Origin: Callorhinchus milii
Taxonomy: Eukaryota
Assembly: GCF_018977255.1 (NCBI RefSeq)
Contig: NW_024704743.1
Location: 13,270,001-13,334,000, forward strand
Length of the DNA: 64,000 nucleotides
Direction: 5' to 3'
A program made the translations under genes and the position numbers. Under the pieces are notes generated by a model. The model saw only the letters and a list, made by a program, of their open reading frames with translations, ran no database searches and was not told the origin of the DNA. Position 1 is the first letter of the stretch. Every line of letters begins with the position of its first letter. This document shows positions 52,378 through 64,000 of this stretch, piece after piece.

Positions 52378-53040
52378 ACCAACAACAACATAAAATTGCA
52401 TTGATATAGCGCTTTTCATATCAGGGTGACATCCCAAAGCATTGGACAGTGGAGGATCTGCACCTGAGCTAGGGGTTGGAATCAAGAGGGGTGTAGGGCC
52501 AGGGAGGTGGAGGAGAGAAGATGATCAAAGGTGCAGTCAGAAAGGAAGGTCTTGTAGCAGGCAAGGGAAGGAGCGAGACAAAGGATGGAGTTCCAGACAG
52601 TGGAAGCAGAGAGGCTGAAGGCTCAACCACCGATGGTAGGGAGGGCAAGGCCAGTGGACAGAGCTGAGGCAGTGGGCAGGGTGGTAAAGTGGTAAAAAGA
52701 AGATTGAGGGGGGTTTTTATATTGTAAGAAGCATCTTATGTAGCTGTAAGGGGCTGGTCGACTTGCAGTGTTATTGAAGAATTAGAGAATTCTGCAAGCT
52801 GTGTGCTTTGCTGCCCTAGGCTCCACGAGCCTATCAGTTCCCACACTCTGGAACTCCATCCTGGAGTCTCTCCAACTCACCCTCTCGCTGGCATCCTTTA
52901 AGATCCATCTAAGGACCTTTCCTTTTGACTGTACCTTCGGGCATCTTTCCCCTTCCCATCCTTTCAGCTCCCACCGCCAGCTCGAGTGCCCAGCCAGGAC
53001 TGTCAAGCATCTTGGGACATCCTCCCAACATGAAAGCTGG
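52378..53040. mobile_element. Two L2 3' ends, divergent (52378-52660 minus; 52820-53040 plus)
   Basis: (CAA) tail at 52378, and LWNS..SFKIHLRTFPF. Confidence 0.75.
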
Positions 53041-54307
53041 TATTATGGTCGCCCACAAAGTATACAGTCAATTCACTTTACAGTATATTCTGTGAAGCGC
53101 TTTGAGATATCTTGACGACGTGAAAAGGTGCTGCATCAAATGCAAAGATTATTAATTATTCTTATATAAATGTAAATTGTATTGTAAAAGCCAAGATTTC
53201 TTAAAATAGCATTCTAAAGATATATCTGGAAGAATTCAAAATAATCCACAGGCTCAGCTTTATTATTGGGCTGTCATTTACATCATCACTTTTGCTGGGA
53301 TCAGCATTATATTTTGTCTGTAGCAGACAAAATAAGATGCTGAAATAATTCTCGATGTGACATTATGGAACGTAGTATGACTTGAAGTGTTTGTGAGTGT
53401 TTGTTAATGCATGTTGTCAACCACTACTGTGTACTGATTTGTAATAGATTCAAATGGATCATTGCTTTAATACATTCTAGAGTTTTGTATATCAAAGATT
53501 TAAGTTTAAAGACTCTATGAAGACTCTCAAACATGTTGGGGTCTGAGATCCCTCAGAAACCATGCCAAAACCTGTAACAGCTGTTTTTTTATGTTCAATC
53601 ACTTAATTCTTTGTAACCCACGGCCTGACTCCTTCTTTACTGCTTTTCTATAAGGTAAGAAATCCCACACATCCTCAACATCTTATTATAAAAATCATAG
53701 CAAACCAGATCTCTTCAAATTAAATACTTAAAAAGAGCATCTGGCAAATTAATGCTCTGAAGAAAAAGGATTCTCTGTGTTTCTGTTTAAATCACAGGCA
53801 TTAATTGTATTGCATCGCAATAAATCTAAGCTTTTTGAATACAGTAAAGCAAAAAGAAATACACAAACCAGAACAAAGTATGGAGCAGGAGTGGAGGGGA
53901 AGCACCTTAATTACACAAATCTATTTCAGAGAGAAATTTGTTTCTAAATGGGAGGGGCAGTGGAAACCATTTTTTAACATGTTGCTTCTGACTTTGAATG
54001 ATAAAATACAGTAATCCCCCCCGCTCTGGGTATCCGGAATTCATATGTAGCCAGACCAGGCCTGGAAAAATTAAAAAACAAATCTGTGAACTCGCGCACA
54101 TGCAGACTCCTGCCAGCCCACTCCCAGTCTTACCTTCAGTGGCCAGGGATATCCACTTTGACTTAGATTGAATCTTGCAAATAGAAGACTATTTGCCATC
54201 TTCTACTCCTGGGAATCAAATAATTACAATACCGGTACCAGTATTTACCCTCAATTTATGGCACTGAAAAAAGTCTGTACCAATGAAAGCCAGTCAATGC
54301 CAATACC

Positions 54308-54530
54308 GGAAATAGAAGTAGGCCATTCAGCCCCTCAGGCCTGTTCTGCCATTCTATATCATGGCTGATCTGCACCCCAGTTACCCACCTTTGCCCCATA
54401 TCCCTTGATACCCTTACCTAACAAATATCTATCCAGCTCAGTCTTGAAAAGATGAATGGATCCAGCATCCACGGCCTTTTAGGGGAAGGAGAGAGATCCA
54501 GATGTCCAGTATCCTTTGTGTGAAAAAAAT
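54308..54530 (-). mobile_element. CR1 3' end
   Basis: GTAGGCCATTCAGCCCCTC..CATGGCTGATCT..CCCCATATCCCTTGATACCCTT. Confidence 0.8.
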
Positions 54531-54710
54531 GTGTCACCCAGTGCAATTTTCACTGGGAGGCTGTGTGTTTCAGTCCAGGTTGGTGTCCAGGATTTTGCAA
54601 GAACCCTTCTTCAAGTGTAACTTGCTGACTTTTCAGTGGGTGTTTGTGATTGATGTGACATTGTTGTGTTTCCTTTTTGAATTCTGGGCCTGTGGCTGTT
54701 CCTAATCTCA

Positions 54711-55050
54711 ATGGAGTCCTGTAGCTTAGCGGTTAGAGCACTCACCTCACAAGCTTGAGGACCTGGCTTCGATTCCTGGGCAGTTGGGACAGTTTCCTTA
54801 TTCCACACGCCGCTGTAGGAACCCGGTTATTAATCGATTAGTGGATCGCTTTTCCCGGGATAATATTTAAATGTAATATTTAAATTCGGTCACTCAATCC
54901 ATGACTGTTTGTGGGATGTGCTGTGCACAATTGACTGCTGTGTTTCGCCCACAAAATATAGTCATTTACTTTACAGTATATTCTGTGAAGCGCTTTGAGT
55001 AGTCTTGAAGACGTGATAAGGCGCTGTATGAAATGCAAGGATAATTGTAT
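54711..55050 (+). mobile_element. Long subfamily SINE
   Basis: Head, partial extra segment, Deu core and older tail. Confidence 0.85.
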
Positions 55051-55367
55051 TGTGGAGTCCTGTAGCTCAGTGGTTAGAGCACTCGCTTTGCAAGCGAGAG
55101 ACCCGAGTTCAATTCCAGGCAGGGCGAAACCTTGGGCAAGTTTCCTTACTCCACACAACTAATAATAATCCCTCCAAAACCAAAAACAATAATAAAATTG
55201 GTCATTTTCAATCTATGATTGTTTGTGGGACATTGCTGTGCACAATTGGCTGCTGCGTTCGCCCACAAATATACAGTCAATTCACTTTACAGTGTGTTCT
55301 GTGAAGTGCTTTGGGACGTCCTCCCGACGTGAAAAGCGCTATATCAAATGCAAGGATTATTATTGTT
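55051..55367 (+). mobile_element. Short young SINE inserted at the tail of the long SINE
   Basis: TGTGGAGTCCTGTAGCTCAG begins immediately after the tail of the 54711 element. Confidence 0.92.
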
Positions 55368-55538
55368 ATACCTGCATTGCAAGTACCCTTAGTCAGAAAT
55401 TCCAGCCAACTGAACTGGACCTCCGCCCTCCATTGGTCTGGCTAGCCAATGTTTTAAGTGTTATGATAATCCTTACATTTGATATTGTGCCTTTAATGTA
55501 GAGAGGACGTTTCAAATAGCTTCACAGGATTTACTATG

Positions 55539-56490
55539 AACAACAACAACAACAAGATTCCATTTATAAAGCGCCTTTCACGTCAGGAGGACGTCCCAAG
55601 GCGCTGCACAGTTGGGTCATGACCCGAGCAGGGGGGAAATGGTCAGGGTGAGGGAAGGGAGGGAGCAAGGAGGGGGGAAATGGTCAGGGTGAGGGGAGGG
55701 AAGGGAGGGAGCGAGGAGGGGGAAGAGAGTCGAGAGGGGAGCTGAAGGCACGGTCAAAGAGAAAGGTTTTGAGACCGGCCTTGAAGGAGGAAAGGGAGGA
55801 GGCGGCGAAGGCACTGGGGGATGGAGTTCCAGAGCCTGGGGGCTGAGAGGCTGAAGGCCCGACCACCGATGGTAGGGCGGTTGGGGCGGGGGACGTGGAG
55901 CAGACCGGAGCCAAAGGAACGGAGGGTACGGGCAGGTAGGTAGGGGATAGTAGGTTGGAGAGGTAGGAGGGAGCGAGGCCGTGAATGGCCTTGTAGGTGA
56001 GGATGAGGATCTTGAAATCGATCCTCTGGGGATGGGGAGCCAGTGGAGGCGAGCGAGGGTGGGAGTGATGTGGTCGTGAAGCCTGGTGCGGGACAGTACA
56101 CAAGCTGCAGATTCTGAATGACCTGCAGCTTGTGGAGGGAGGTGGCGGGAAGGCCGGCGAGGAGAGAGTTCCCATAGTCCAGCCTTGAGGTGACAAAGGC
56201 GTGGACCAGGGTTTCAGCAGCGTGAGGGGTGAGGTAGTGCCGTAGTCTGGCGATGTTCCGAAGGTGATGGAAGGCGGTGCCAGTTGTAGTGCGGATGTGA
56301 GGGAGAAAGGACAGCTCAGGGTCGAACAAAACGCCGAGGTTCCTGACTGGCTTTGAGAGGTGGAGAGTGCAGCCTTGGATGCTGATGGTGTCGGCGCCTG
56401 AGGTGCGGAGGCGCTGACACGAGCCAATCAGGAGGGCCTCGGTTTTTCGCACGTTGAGCTGAAGAAAGTTGTCTCTCGTCCAGGACTCGA
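55539..56490 (-). mobile_element. Young L2 LINE, 3' 950 bp
   Basis: Motifs NFLQLNVRKTE, VRNLGVLFD, AFVTSRLDYGNSLL, RIDFKIL..YKAIHGLAPSYL and FKAGLKTFLF. CpG-rich, with a (CAA)n tail. Confidence 0.95.
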
Positions 56491-56574
56491 TGAAATATAG
56501 TGACTGTGTATTTGTGGGCAAACATGGCAGCTAATTTGAAACAGTTATGCCTCACAAAAAGTCATGAAGAAAAT

Positions 56575-56850
56575 AATTTCTTGAGGATGTATCATGACAA
56601 TAGAACAAGAGGACATAGGTTTAGAGTTGTAAAGGGCAACTTCAAGACAGACACCAGGAAGTTTGTCTTTAATCAGAAGGTAATCACCGACCGGAACTGG
56701 TTGTCAGGAAAGGGGAGTGGATGCCAGGATTCATTTAAATAGCAGCTTGATGCAATGATGGGGAATGGTAGGATGGATGCTCTGGAAGAATGAGATCAGA
56801 TGGGCTGAAGAGCTTTCTTCATCCAGACCAATCTTGTGATCTTGTGATCA
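56575..56850 (+). mobile_element. CR1 3' end
   Basis: RTRGHRFRVVKGNFKTDTRKFVF.QKV...N.L followed by the 3' UTR. Confidence 0.8.
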
Positions 56851-57058
56851 GTCATATTTAGGGGATTGTTGACCAAGACACCAGGAGAAACTCTTCTCTT
56901 TTCAAGTAGTGCCATGGAATTATTCAAGTCTAACTAAACAGGCAGACAGAATCTAGTTTAATGCTTCATCCAAAGGATGGCACCTCCCATCACTAGGAGT
57001 GTCAGCCTATACTTTACAAGTTCAAAGTCCAGAGGTGAGGGTGCTACCAACTGAGCCA
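56850..57058 (-). mobile_element. SacSINE1-like head and body (rest at 55465-55538 and 56491-56560)
   Basis: GACACCAGGAGAAACTC, CTTCATCCAAAGGATGGCACCTCC and GTGCTACCAACTGAGCCA. Confidence 0.8.
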
Positions 57059-57274
57059 TCAAGAGACTAAATGAGCAGGTTGAACATTGCTCCTACTCCT
57101 AGCTTAAAATGCAAATTTAAAGCAAATCATAAAATATGCAAGAAAGAACTTTTAGCCACAGCAAAACATCTCAAAACTGCTTCACAAGTAATTACTGAAG
57201 AATAAGTGATTGTACACAAACTCGGGATATTTAGTTCAAGTTCTAAGACTGACACCCCATTTCTCTCTTTCATT

Positions 57275-57377
57275 GTGACGAAAAGTCATTGACCTGGAAC
57301 ATTAACTTACTTTTCTCTCTCCGTAGATGCTGCCTGACCTGTTGAATGTTCCCAATGACTTCTGTTTTTATTTCAGA
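57275..57377 (+). mobile_element. Probable Penelope-like terminal repeat fragment
   Basis: TGACGAAAAGTCATTGACCTGGAACATTAAC..TCTCTCTCCGTAGATGCTGCCTGACCTG..TTCTGTTTTTATTTCAGA resembles, from memory, a common shark Penelope-associated repeat. Confidence 0.5.
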
Positions 57378-58974
57378 CTAGTTATATCCACTACACTTGC
57401 AACCAAAGGTTTCAATACAGAATGTAGACAGACATGCATTTTATCTTTATCTATACTCATCTGGGAGGACACCTGTGCGAGGATTCCTTTTGGGAGGACT
57501 AAATGGAAGGACTCGGCACTTTAAAAATGTAATTTTGTGGTGTGGCCGTGACTTAGCTTTGTCTGTGTTCTTTATTTTGTTTCTACCATTGCTTGGCTGC
57601 ATGTGTGCTCTGTGATATAGGATGCCAAAGCACCATGGTCAGCCAGCGCAGCCACCAGGTGTAACTCCAGATAAATTGGTCATTTATTTTGTGGATGTCT
57701 AGTGTGTGCAAATTGTCTGCCATGTTTGTGTACAAATACACAGTCACTACACTTAACATCAATTGTGATGCACTGAAATGTTTAGATAGGAAAGGTTTGT
57801 TATGCAGCAGATTGACGAGAATCAACAAATGTTGCCCACTGTGCTCAAATCAATTTTATGAAGTTTAGTGTACAACTACAACTTGTATTTATATAGCACC
57901 AATCACGTAGGATAATGTCTTAAAACGCTCCACAGACTTAGTTGGACGCTGAGCAAAGGTGAAGGATGAGTACATCTCAGTACACTGCGTATATCCAGGC
58001 TGTGCTTCGGCATGGAAACTGACAATGCCATGTTGATTATCCTTCTCAAGTAAAGTAGGCTGAGAGATGTCGCAGTCAGATTATATTGTGTTGGGAAGCT
58101 CAATGAAATTGGACTCTAAGCTGCCTTGATAAATACATTTCTGTATTATTCTACTGGAAGTTTAAAATTCAGAAGAATAATATGCCTAAATTCTGCAAAT
58201 ATGTAACAACTAGATACAGTCTTACTGATAAATCAATCCATGCTTATAACATATAGCAGTTGACCTCCCTCCCTCCCTTGCTAATGAGATAAATGTCAGA
58301 TTTTACTGACCTTTAGAATATCTTTTTATTTTATTTATAGGCAAAAATAAAACCTGGACTCATCTCAAGCAAAGTCATCCATTTGTCTCTGGAAATTGTC
58401 CAATGATTTCCAAATCGGCACTAATGTAAAACAAGCCTATTTGGGGCTACATCTCAGGCCAGATTGTTATTATGGAATCAGAAGAGTCAAACACATTACA
58501 ATGCATTCATGACCCCCAACTTATCACTTTACTGCATGTGTTTCTTCTCTTCATTTGTCATTTCTGGAGCTGAAAATGCGAGTACAGTATTTGCAAACCC
58601 AAAGTAACAGCCAAGGCTGGGAAAAGGCCTTAAAGGTCTGATGAAAGGCCAGAGAGTTTCTAAATGTAAATTCTGTGACCAAACTAAGAGTAATACTCAG
58701 CGTTTAAATTCTGTTATATAAAAGTAGCATCAGGCATGTATGTCACTGCCAAGGTTGCTATCTTTACTGAGTCAGAGAAACATTTTTCAAGGCCTCCCCC
58801 CACACCCTCCCTGTATACATACAAATGAATTGCTAACACACAACACTGCATTCATTGTACATTTAGTTTAACAAACTGTCAATAAAAAAATACACTTCAA
58901 GAAAAGAGACAATCTTCTTATCTTTTCGCTAACTTTGCTGCCAAATCTCTGCATCTGGTGACTAAATTCATTTT

Positions 58975-59210
58975 TCAGTCAGTCGAGTGACTGCCACATG
59001 TGGAAACCCATTGTCACGTTTGGAAGTATCCAACCCAACCTGAGAGTTCTGCACATGCATTGAAATTTCCCTTATCTGGAGTGAAGTGCATACTCTCTCC
59101 CTAGAAGCATTAGGTGCAGGTTGACAAGAGCCAAGGCTTGGAGAGCCCAGAGCGTACATTGGGATACTGCTGGAGTTTAACCAGCTAAAACCATACAGTT
59201 TACCATTGTG
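58975..59210 (-). repeat. Family C repeat
   Basis: CACATGTGGAAACCCAT..GTATCCAA..CAAGAGCCAAGGCTTGG..TACTGCTGGAGTTTAACCAGCTAAAAC. Confidence 0.75.
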
Positions 59211-60177
59211 GTAGTGACTGAGGTAAACCCAAGTCTCCAGCTAGTGCATGGTTATTTGCTAGGGGTTTTTACACAGGCCTGAGCTTTCTTTGTTCAAACA
59301 GTGGTTCACTTCCCCAGGCAACTGTGACTGATGGCTGATACACAATTGGAGATTGTTTTTGTATAGAACAAATGCAAGTTAATTCTTTGCTCTGCAACTT
59401 GAAAAGCTTTCATTGAGTTATGTTTTAAAACATTCCTTGGTGTTCACTGGCAGGACTGATAATTGACATGTGGGCTCATGTTTCTATTGTTGAGCAGCCC
59501 CCCAAAAAGCTGTTTGACACGGTTTGTGGTAACCTGCATTCAAGGCTGTAATTGATCTGAGGGGAATGGGATGATGTTCTGCTCTCCTTGAAAATGCTTG
59601 AAGATGTAATCATTTTCTGTTCCAACGGTTTAGGTCTAAATTAATAAAAATAAGTGTTTTAATTGCAAGAGATAACTACCCTTTGAATTCCTCCTGAATC
59701 CCGACAACAGGAAATGTGTTAATATTTTCCTTTTAGTTGTGTGTAAGCTTATAGGCATAGCACAGCAATGGGGATATACAGTCTCTGGGAAAACAAAGAA
59801 GCTTCCAGCCATCCACACATGAATTAGTTCCTTTGAGTCTGATAGACTTTTGTCCCATACAATCTTAATGGGTTGAATCAAACATGGAGGAAAGTACATT
59901 TTGGAGTGAAGGCTGAATTCTGTGTAATGGCATGTTGTTATTTGAGCACTTCAATTGCCCTGAATCGCTGAATTTTGTGACATGGTTCAAATTCCTCGCC
60001 TTAAAATACAGTACAATATATGGAGTGGTTTCTCCAAGAGGTAAAAGTACAGGCCTTGATGATGTGAGCTTACAATGCCATTTTCCTACTATATTCACAC
60101 TGGTACGGCTAGCAAATTTGTTAACCAGCGGAGTCATCCAAAGTGTTTTAGAATGATTAATTTGCTGAGCAAAAAGC

Positions 60178-60512
60178 ATTTGGTTAGCCAGGTGTCTGAC
60201 ACATGCATGCCTAAAAGCATCCAAGCCGAACTGAGAATTCCATGCATCCCACCTAAACATGCAAATTCCTGTGTATTGGAATGGAATGCGCGCTCTCTCC
60301 CTGGAGGGACACATCCTACTTACAAATTCCGGAGAGCATTAGGCATAGGCTGGTAAGAGCCAAGGCTTGGGGACCCTGGAGTGTGCATTGGGGTACTGCT
60401 GGAGTCTAACCAGCTAAAACAGCATAGAAAGCACTGTCTGGCAAGCTTTCCTGCTGCTTGTCCAGCTAGAACCACTTTACTTTGGCTTGCAAGGTTAACA
60501 GGAGTTGAGCAG
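60178..60512 (-). repeat. Family C repeat
   Basis: Collinear with 929-1290. Confidence 0.8.
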
Positions 60513-61015
60513 GTTTACTCCCTGACCCCAGTGACTGGTCTGTCCCTCCAAGTCCTATTGATGAGCCAGGCTGGCTGTGCTGTAATCAGCAATGCACTTG
60601 AATACTATGGACCTGCATGGCTCTGGAACCAGATTACCAAGAGCACCACAAAGGATTAACTTGATTCTGACTTTCCATTGTCAACATTGTTACTTGGAGC
60701 TAGTTCTCCATCCAAAGAAGAATAGACACATCCTGTAATAGAAGTGTTAACAGAGTGAAAAAACTAACTCTTCTATCACATATGAATGTATAGGACAAGA
60801 CAGGACCATTGTGGTTCACCAAATATTACAACTAATCCAGCAACAGCAACAAATTACATTTGTATAGCGTCTTTCAGATCAGGAGGATGTCCCAAGGCAC
60901 TGTCAGGGATTTGGATCCAAGCAGGGGATTGGGATCAGAGGAAAGAAAGAAAGAGGTGCATAATTATAAAATATATAACAGGCATATTAAAATAATATAA
61001 AACATGTCTGGAAAT

Positions 61016-61910
61016 ATGGCAGGGCAGCTGAGACTAGTTGTATGAACAATGTGTGCTCTGTGGGAACTCCAGGAAGCTTTGCGTGCCCTGGACAAACACA
61101 TGTGCAGGAAGTTCCTCCGGCTGCTCAAGCTTGAGTTCAGGGTTTCTGAGCTTGAAGAGAGGCTGGTGTCACTATGTAGCATACAGGAGGCTGAAGAGTT
61201 CATGGATCAAACGTTTTAGGAGGTGGTCACCCCACAGCCACAGAGGGTGCATGAGGAGAGTGAGTGGGTGAACACTCAGCATGGTAGGAAAAGGGGACGG
61301 GCATTGCAGAAATCCACTCTGAGTGTGGCACTCACAAACCATTTCTCTGTACCGAATACCGGTAAAGATGATGACATCTCTGGGGAGGGGAGTCAAAAGC
61401 AAATGGATGCAAAGGGGAATACAGGGAAGAGTGTCAATGCAATTGTCATTGGGAATGCAATGATGAAAGGAGGTAGATAGACGTTTCAGCAACCAAAAAC
61501 GTGATTCTCTTGCCTCTTGCCTCACTGGTGCCAGGGTTGAAAACATCATGGAACCGGTGCAAAACATTCTACATGGGAATGGGGAACATCCAGAAGTTTG
61601 GTCCATGTTGGGATCCATGACATAGGGAAAGAAAGAGCTGAGATCCTACAGGGAGAATATCAGAAGCTAGGGAAAAAGTTAAAGAGTAGGAACTCAAAGG
61701 TGGTGATCTCTGGATAACTCCCAGTGCCTCATGCAAGTGAATATTAAAACAGCAGGATCAAACACATGAATGCATGGTTGGAGAAATGGTGCAGAAAGGA
61801 GGGCTTCAGGTTCCTGGGCCATTGGGACCAGTTCTGGGGCAGCTGGGACCTGTACAAGGTGGATGGGTCCTCGCAGGGAGGTTAACTAGTGCTGTGGGGA
61901 AAAGTTTAAA
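61016..61910 (+). pseudogene. CR1 ORF1 remnant (Cys / leucine-zipper region plus SGNH esterase-like domain)
   Basis: MAGQL.., CRK..LE.RVSELEERL..L, AIVIGNAM, CL.GARV, VVISG.LPVP, N.WL..WCRKEGFRFLGHW and DLYK.DG. Contains stops and frameshifts. Confidence 0.88.
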
Positions 61911-62065
61911 CTCATTTCAAGGGAGGAAGGGAATCAGGATGTAGGATCAGCTAAGAGAAACAAGTTTCATAGAGAGCTAGGAGAGACGAATAGCAATATA
62001 AAAAGCAGTAATACAGAAAATGGGGGATTAGATGGGAGAGAAATGCAGAGCAGACTCAGTCAGTC

Positions 62066-64000
62066 TTGAAGTGGATGTGCGTAAATGCACGGAGTGTGAC
62101 GAATAAGGTTGGTGAGCTGCAGGCTCAAGTTGCCACATGGGGTTATGATGTAGTGGCAATAACAGAGACCTGGCTCAAACAAAGGCAGGAATGGGAGCTG
62201 AATATTCCTGGCTACAATGTATTCAGGAGGGATAGGGAAGGAAGAAAAGGAGGGTTGATGTTGCTCAAGGTAGATAAGTCACCCAGTCCGGATGGGATGC
62301 ATCCTAGGTTACTGAGGGAACAGAAGTAAGTGTGGAAATAACGGAGGCTCTAGTCACAGTCTTTCAATCCTTCTTGGACACTGGGGTGGTGCCAGAGGAA
62401 TGGAGGTTGCAAATGTTACTCCCCTGTAGAAAAAGGGACAGAAGGATAAACCCGGGAACTACAGGCCAGTCAGCCTAACGTGAGTAGTGGCGAAACTTTT
62501 AGAGCCTATGATCCGGGACAAAATAAATTTTCACTTAGAAAATATGGGTTAATAAAGGGACAGCCAACATGGGTTTGTTAAAGGCAAATCGTGATAGTTT
62601 TCTGATGAAGTAATGGAGAGGGTGGATGAAGGTAGTGCAGCTGATGTAGTTTGCATGGATTATCAAAAGGCGCTTGATAAAGTGCCACAAAAGAGACTTG
62701 CAAGCAAAATAGAAGCCCAGGGTATTAAAGGAATAGTGGCAGCATCGATACAGAACTGGCTGGGAGACAGAAAGCAGAGAGTGGTGGTGAACAGTTGTTT
62801 TTCTGACTGTAGGAAAGTGTGCAGTGGTGTCCCCCAGGGATCAGTATTGGGACCACTGCTATCCTTGATCTATATAAATGAGCTGGACTTGGGTACAGGG
62901 AGTACAATTTCCAAGATTGCAGATGATGCTAAGAAAAGTAATAAACAGTGAGGAGGATAGTAGCAGACTGCAAGGGGTCATGACAGATTGGTAAAATGGG
63001 CAAACTCATGGCAGAAGAAGTTTAATATGGAGATATGCGATTGATGCATTTTGTGAGGAACAACAACAACAAGATTCCATTTATAGAGCGCCTTTCACGT
63101 CGGGAGGACGTCCCAAGGCGCTGGACAGTTGGGTCAGGACCCGAGCCTTGGGGGGAAAATGGTCAGGGTGAGGGGAGGGAAGGGAGGGAGCGAGCGAGGA
63201 GGGGGTAGAGAGTCGAGAGGGGAGCTGAAGGCACGGTCAAAGAGAAAGGTCTTGAGACCGGCCTTGAAGGAGGAAAGGGAGGAGGCGGCGAAGGCACTGG
63301 GGGATAGAGTTCCAGAGCCTCGGGGCTGAGAGGCTGAAGGCCCGGCCACCGATGGTAGGGCGGTTGGGGCGGGGGATGTGGAGCAGACCGGAGCCAGAGG
63401 AACGGAGGGTACGGGCAGGTAGGTAGGGGGAGAGTAGGTCAGAGAGGTAGGAGGGAGCGAGGCCGTGAATGGCCTTGTAGGTGAGGATGAAGATCTTGAA
63501 TTCGAATGAGGAGAGGCAATATAAGCTGATGGTAGAATCTTAAAGGGGGTGAAGGAACAGAGAGACCTGGGGGTTCATAATCTTAAATCTATGAAGGTGG
63601 CAGTTCAGGTAAATAAAGCTGTTAAAAAAAAATATACGAGATACTAGGCTTTATAAATAGGGGCATAGAATACAAAAGTCAGGAAGATATGATGAACCTT
63701 TATAAAAAACTGTTCAGGCCTCAGCTAGAGACTGTGTTCAGTTTTGGGTACCTTACTTTAGGAAAGATGGCCAGGCATTGGAGAGGGTGCAAAGGAGATT
63801 TACCAGGATGGTACCAGGAATGAGGGACTTCAGTTATCTGGAGAACCTAGAGAAGCTAAGATTATTCTTCTTGGAGCAGAGAAGGTTAAGAGGAGACTTA
63901 AGTTTTCAAAATTATGAGGGGATTCGATAAGAAACTATTTCCACTGGCGGGTGGGTTGGTAACCTAAGGACACCGATTTAAAATAGTTGTTAAAAGAAAC
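62066..64000 (+). mobile_element. CR1 ORF2 remnant (APE endonuclease N-terminus, RT), internally deleted, runs off the window
   Basis: Motifs NARS..NK..EL, VAITETWL, KSPSPDGMHPR, NYRPVSL, D.QKALDKVP, GVPQGSVLGP, ADDAK and RPQLE. Confidence 0.95.
63059..63505 (-). mobile_element. Young L2 3' end inserted into CR1
   Basis: Near-identical to 55539-56020. CR1 reads ..TTTGTGAGGAA before the insertion and GAATGAGGAGAGG after it. Confidence 0.93.

Noticed and set aside
555..55367. Recurring near-identical repeats as a CRISPR-like array
   Set aside because: They are dispersed, about 320 bp long and in both orientations, with no spacer periodicity and no cas genes.
57305..57377. Strong plus-strand acceptors (TTTTCTCTCTCCGTAG and TTTTTATTTCAG)
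   Set aside because: They appear to be part of a repeat fragment rather than a host exon.

Overview
This is repeat-dense eukaryotic non-coding DNA, probably from a cartilaginous fish. That assignment is inferred from SacSINE1-like DeuSINEs, shark-type CR1 3' ends and L2 LINEs with (TTG)n tails. No intact protein-coding gene, true tRNA/rRNA gene or CRISPR array is supported, and most listed ORFs are LINE/SINE fragments or antisense noise. Main contents: (1) a tRNA-derived, Deu-domain SINE present as an older long form and a younger short form, whose 3' stem-loop matches a young L2 LINE in the same window; (2) many L2 and CR1 fragments, including a CR1 with an esterase-type ORF1 at 61-64 kb; (3) older SacSINE1-like SINEs; (4) a decayed CGGBP1-related hAT transposon at about 31.0-33.8 kb with imperfect terminal inverted repeats and an apparent intron; (5) an unclassified A-tailed interspersed repeat with at least 7 copies; (6) a tandemly duplicated 60-nt exon-like unit and several weak exon candidates of an unidentified host transcript. 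All family names come from motif recognition by eye, with no database search. Boundaries are approximate unless a junction is quoted.
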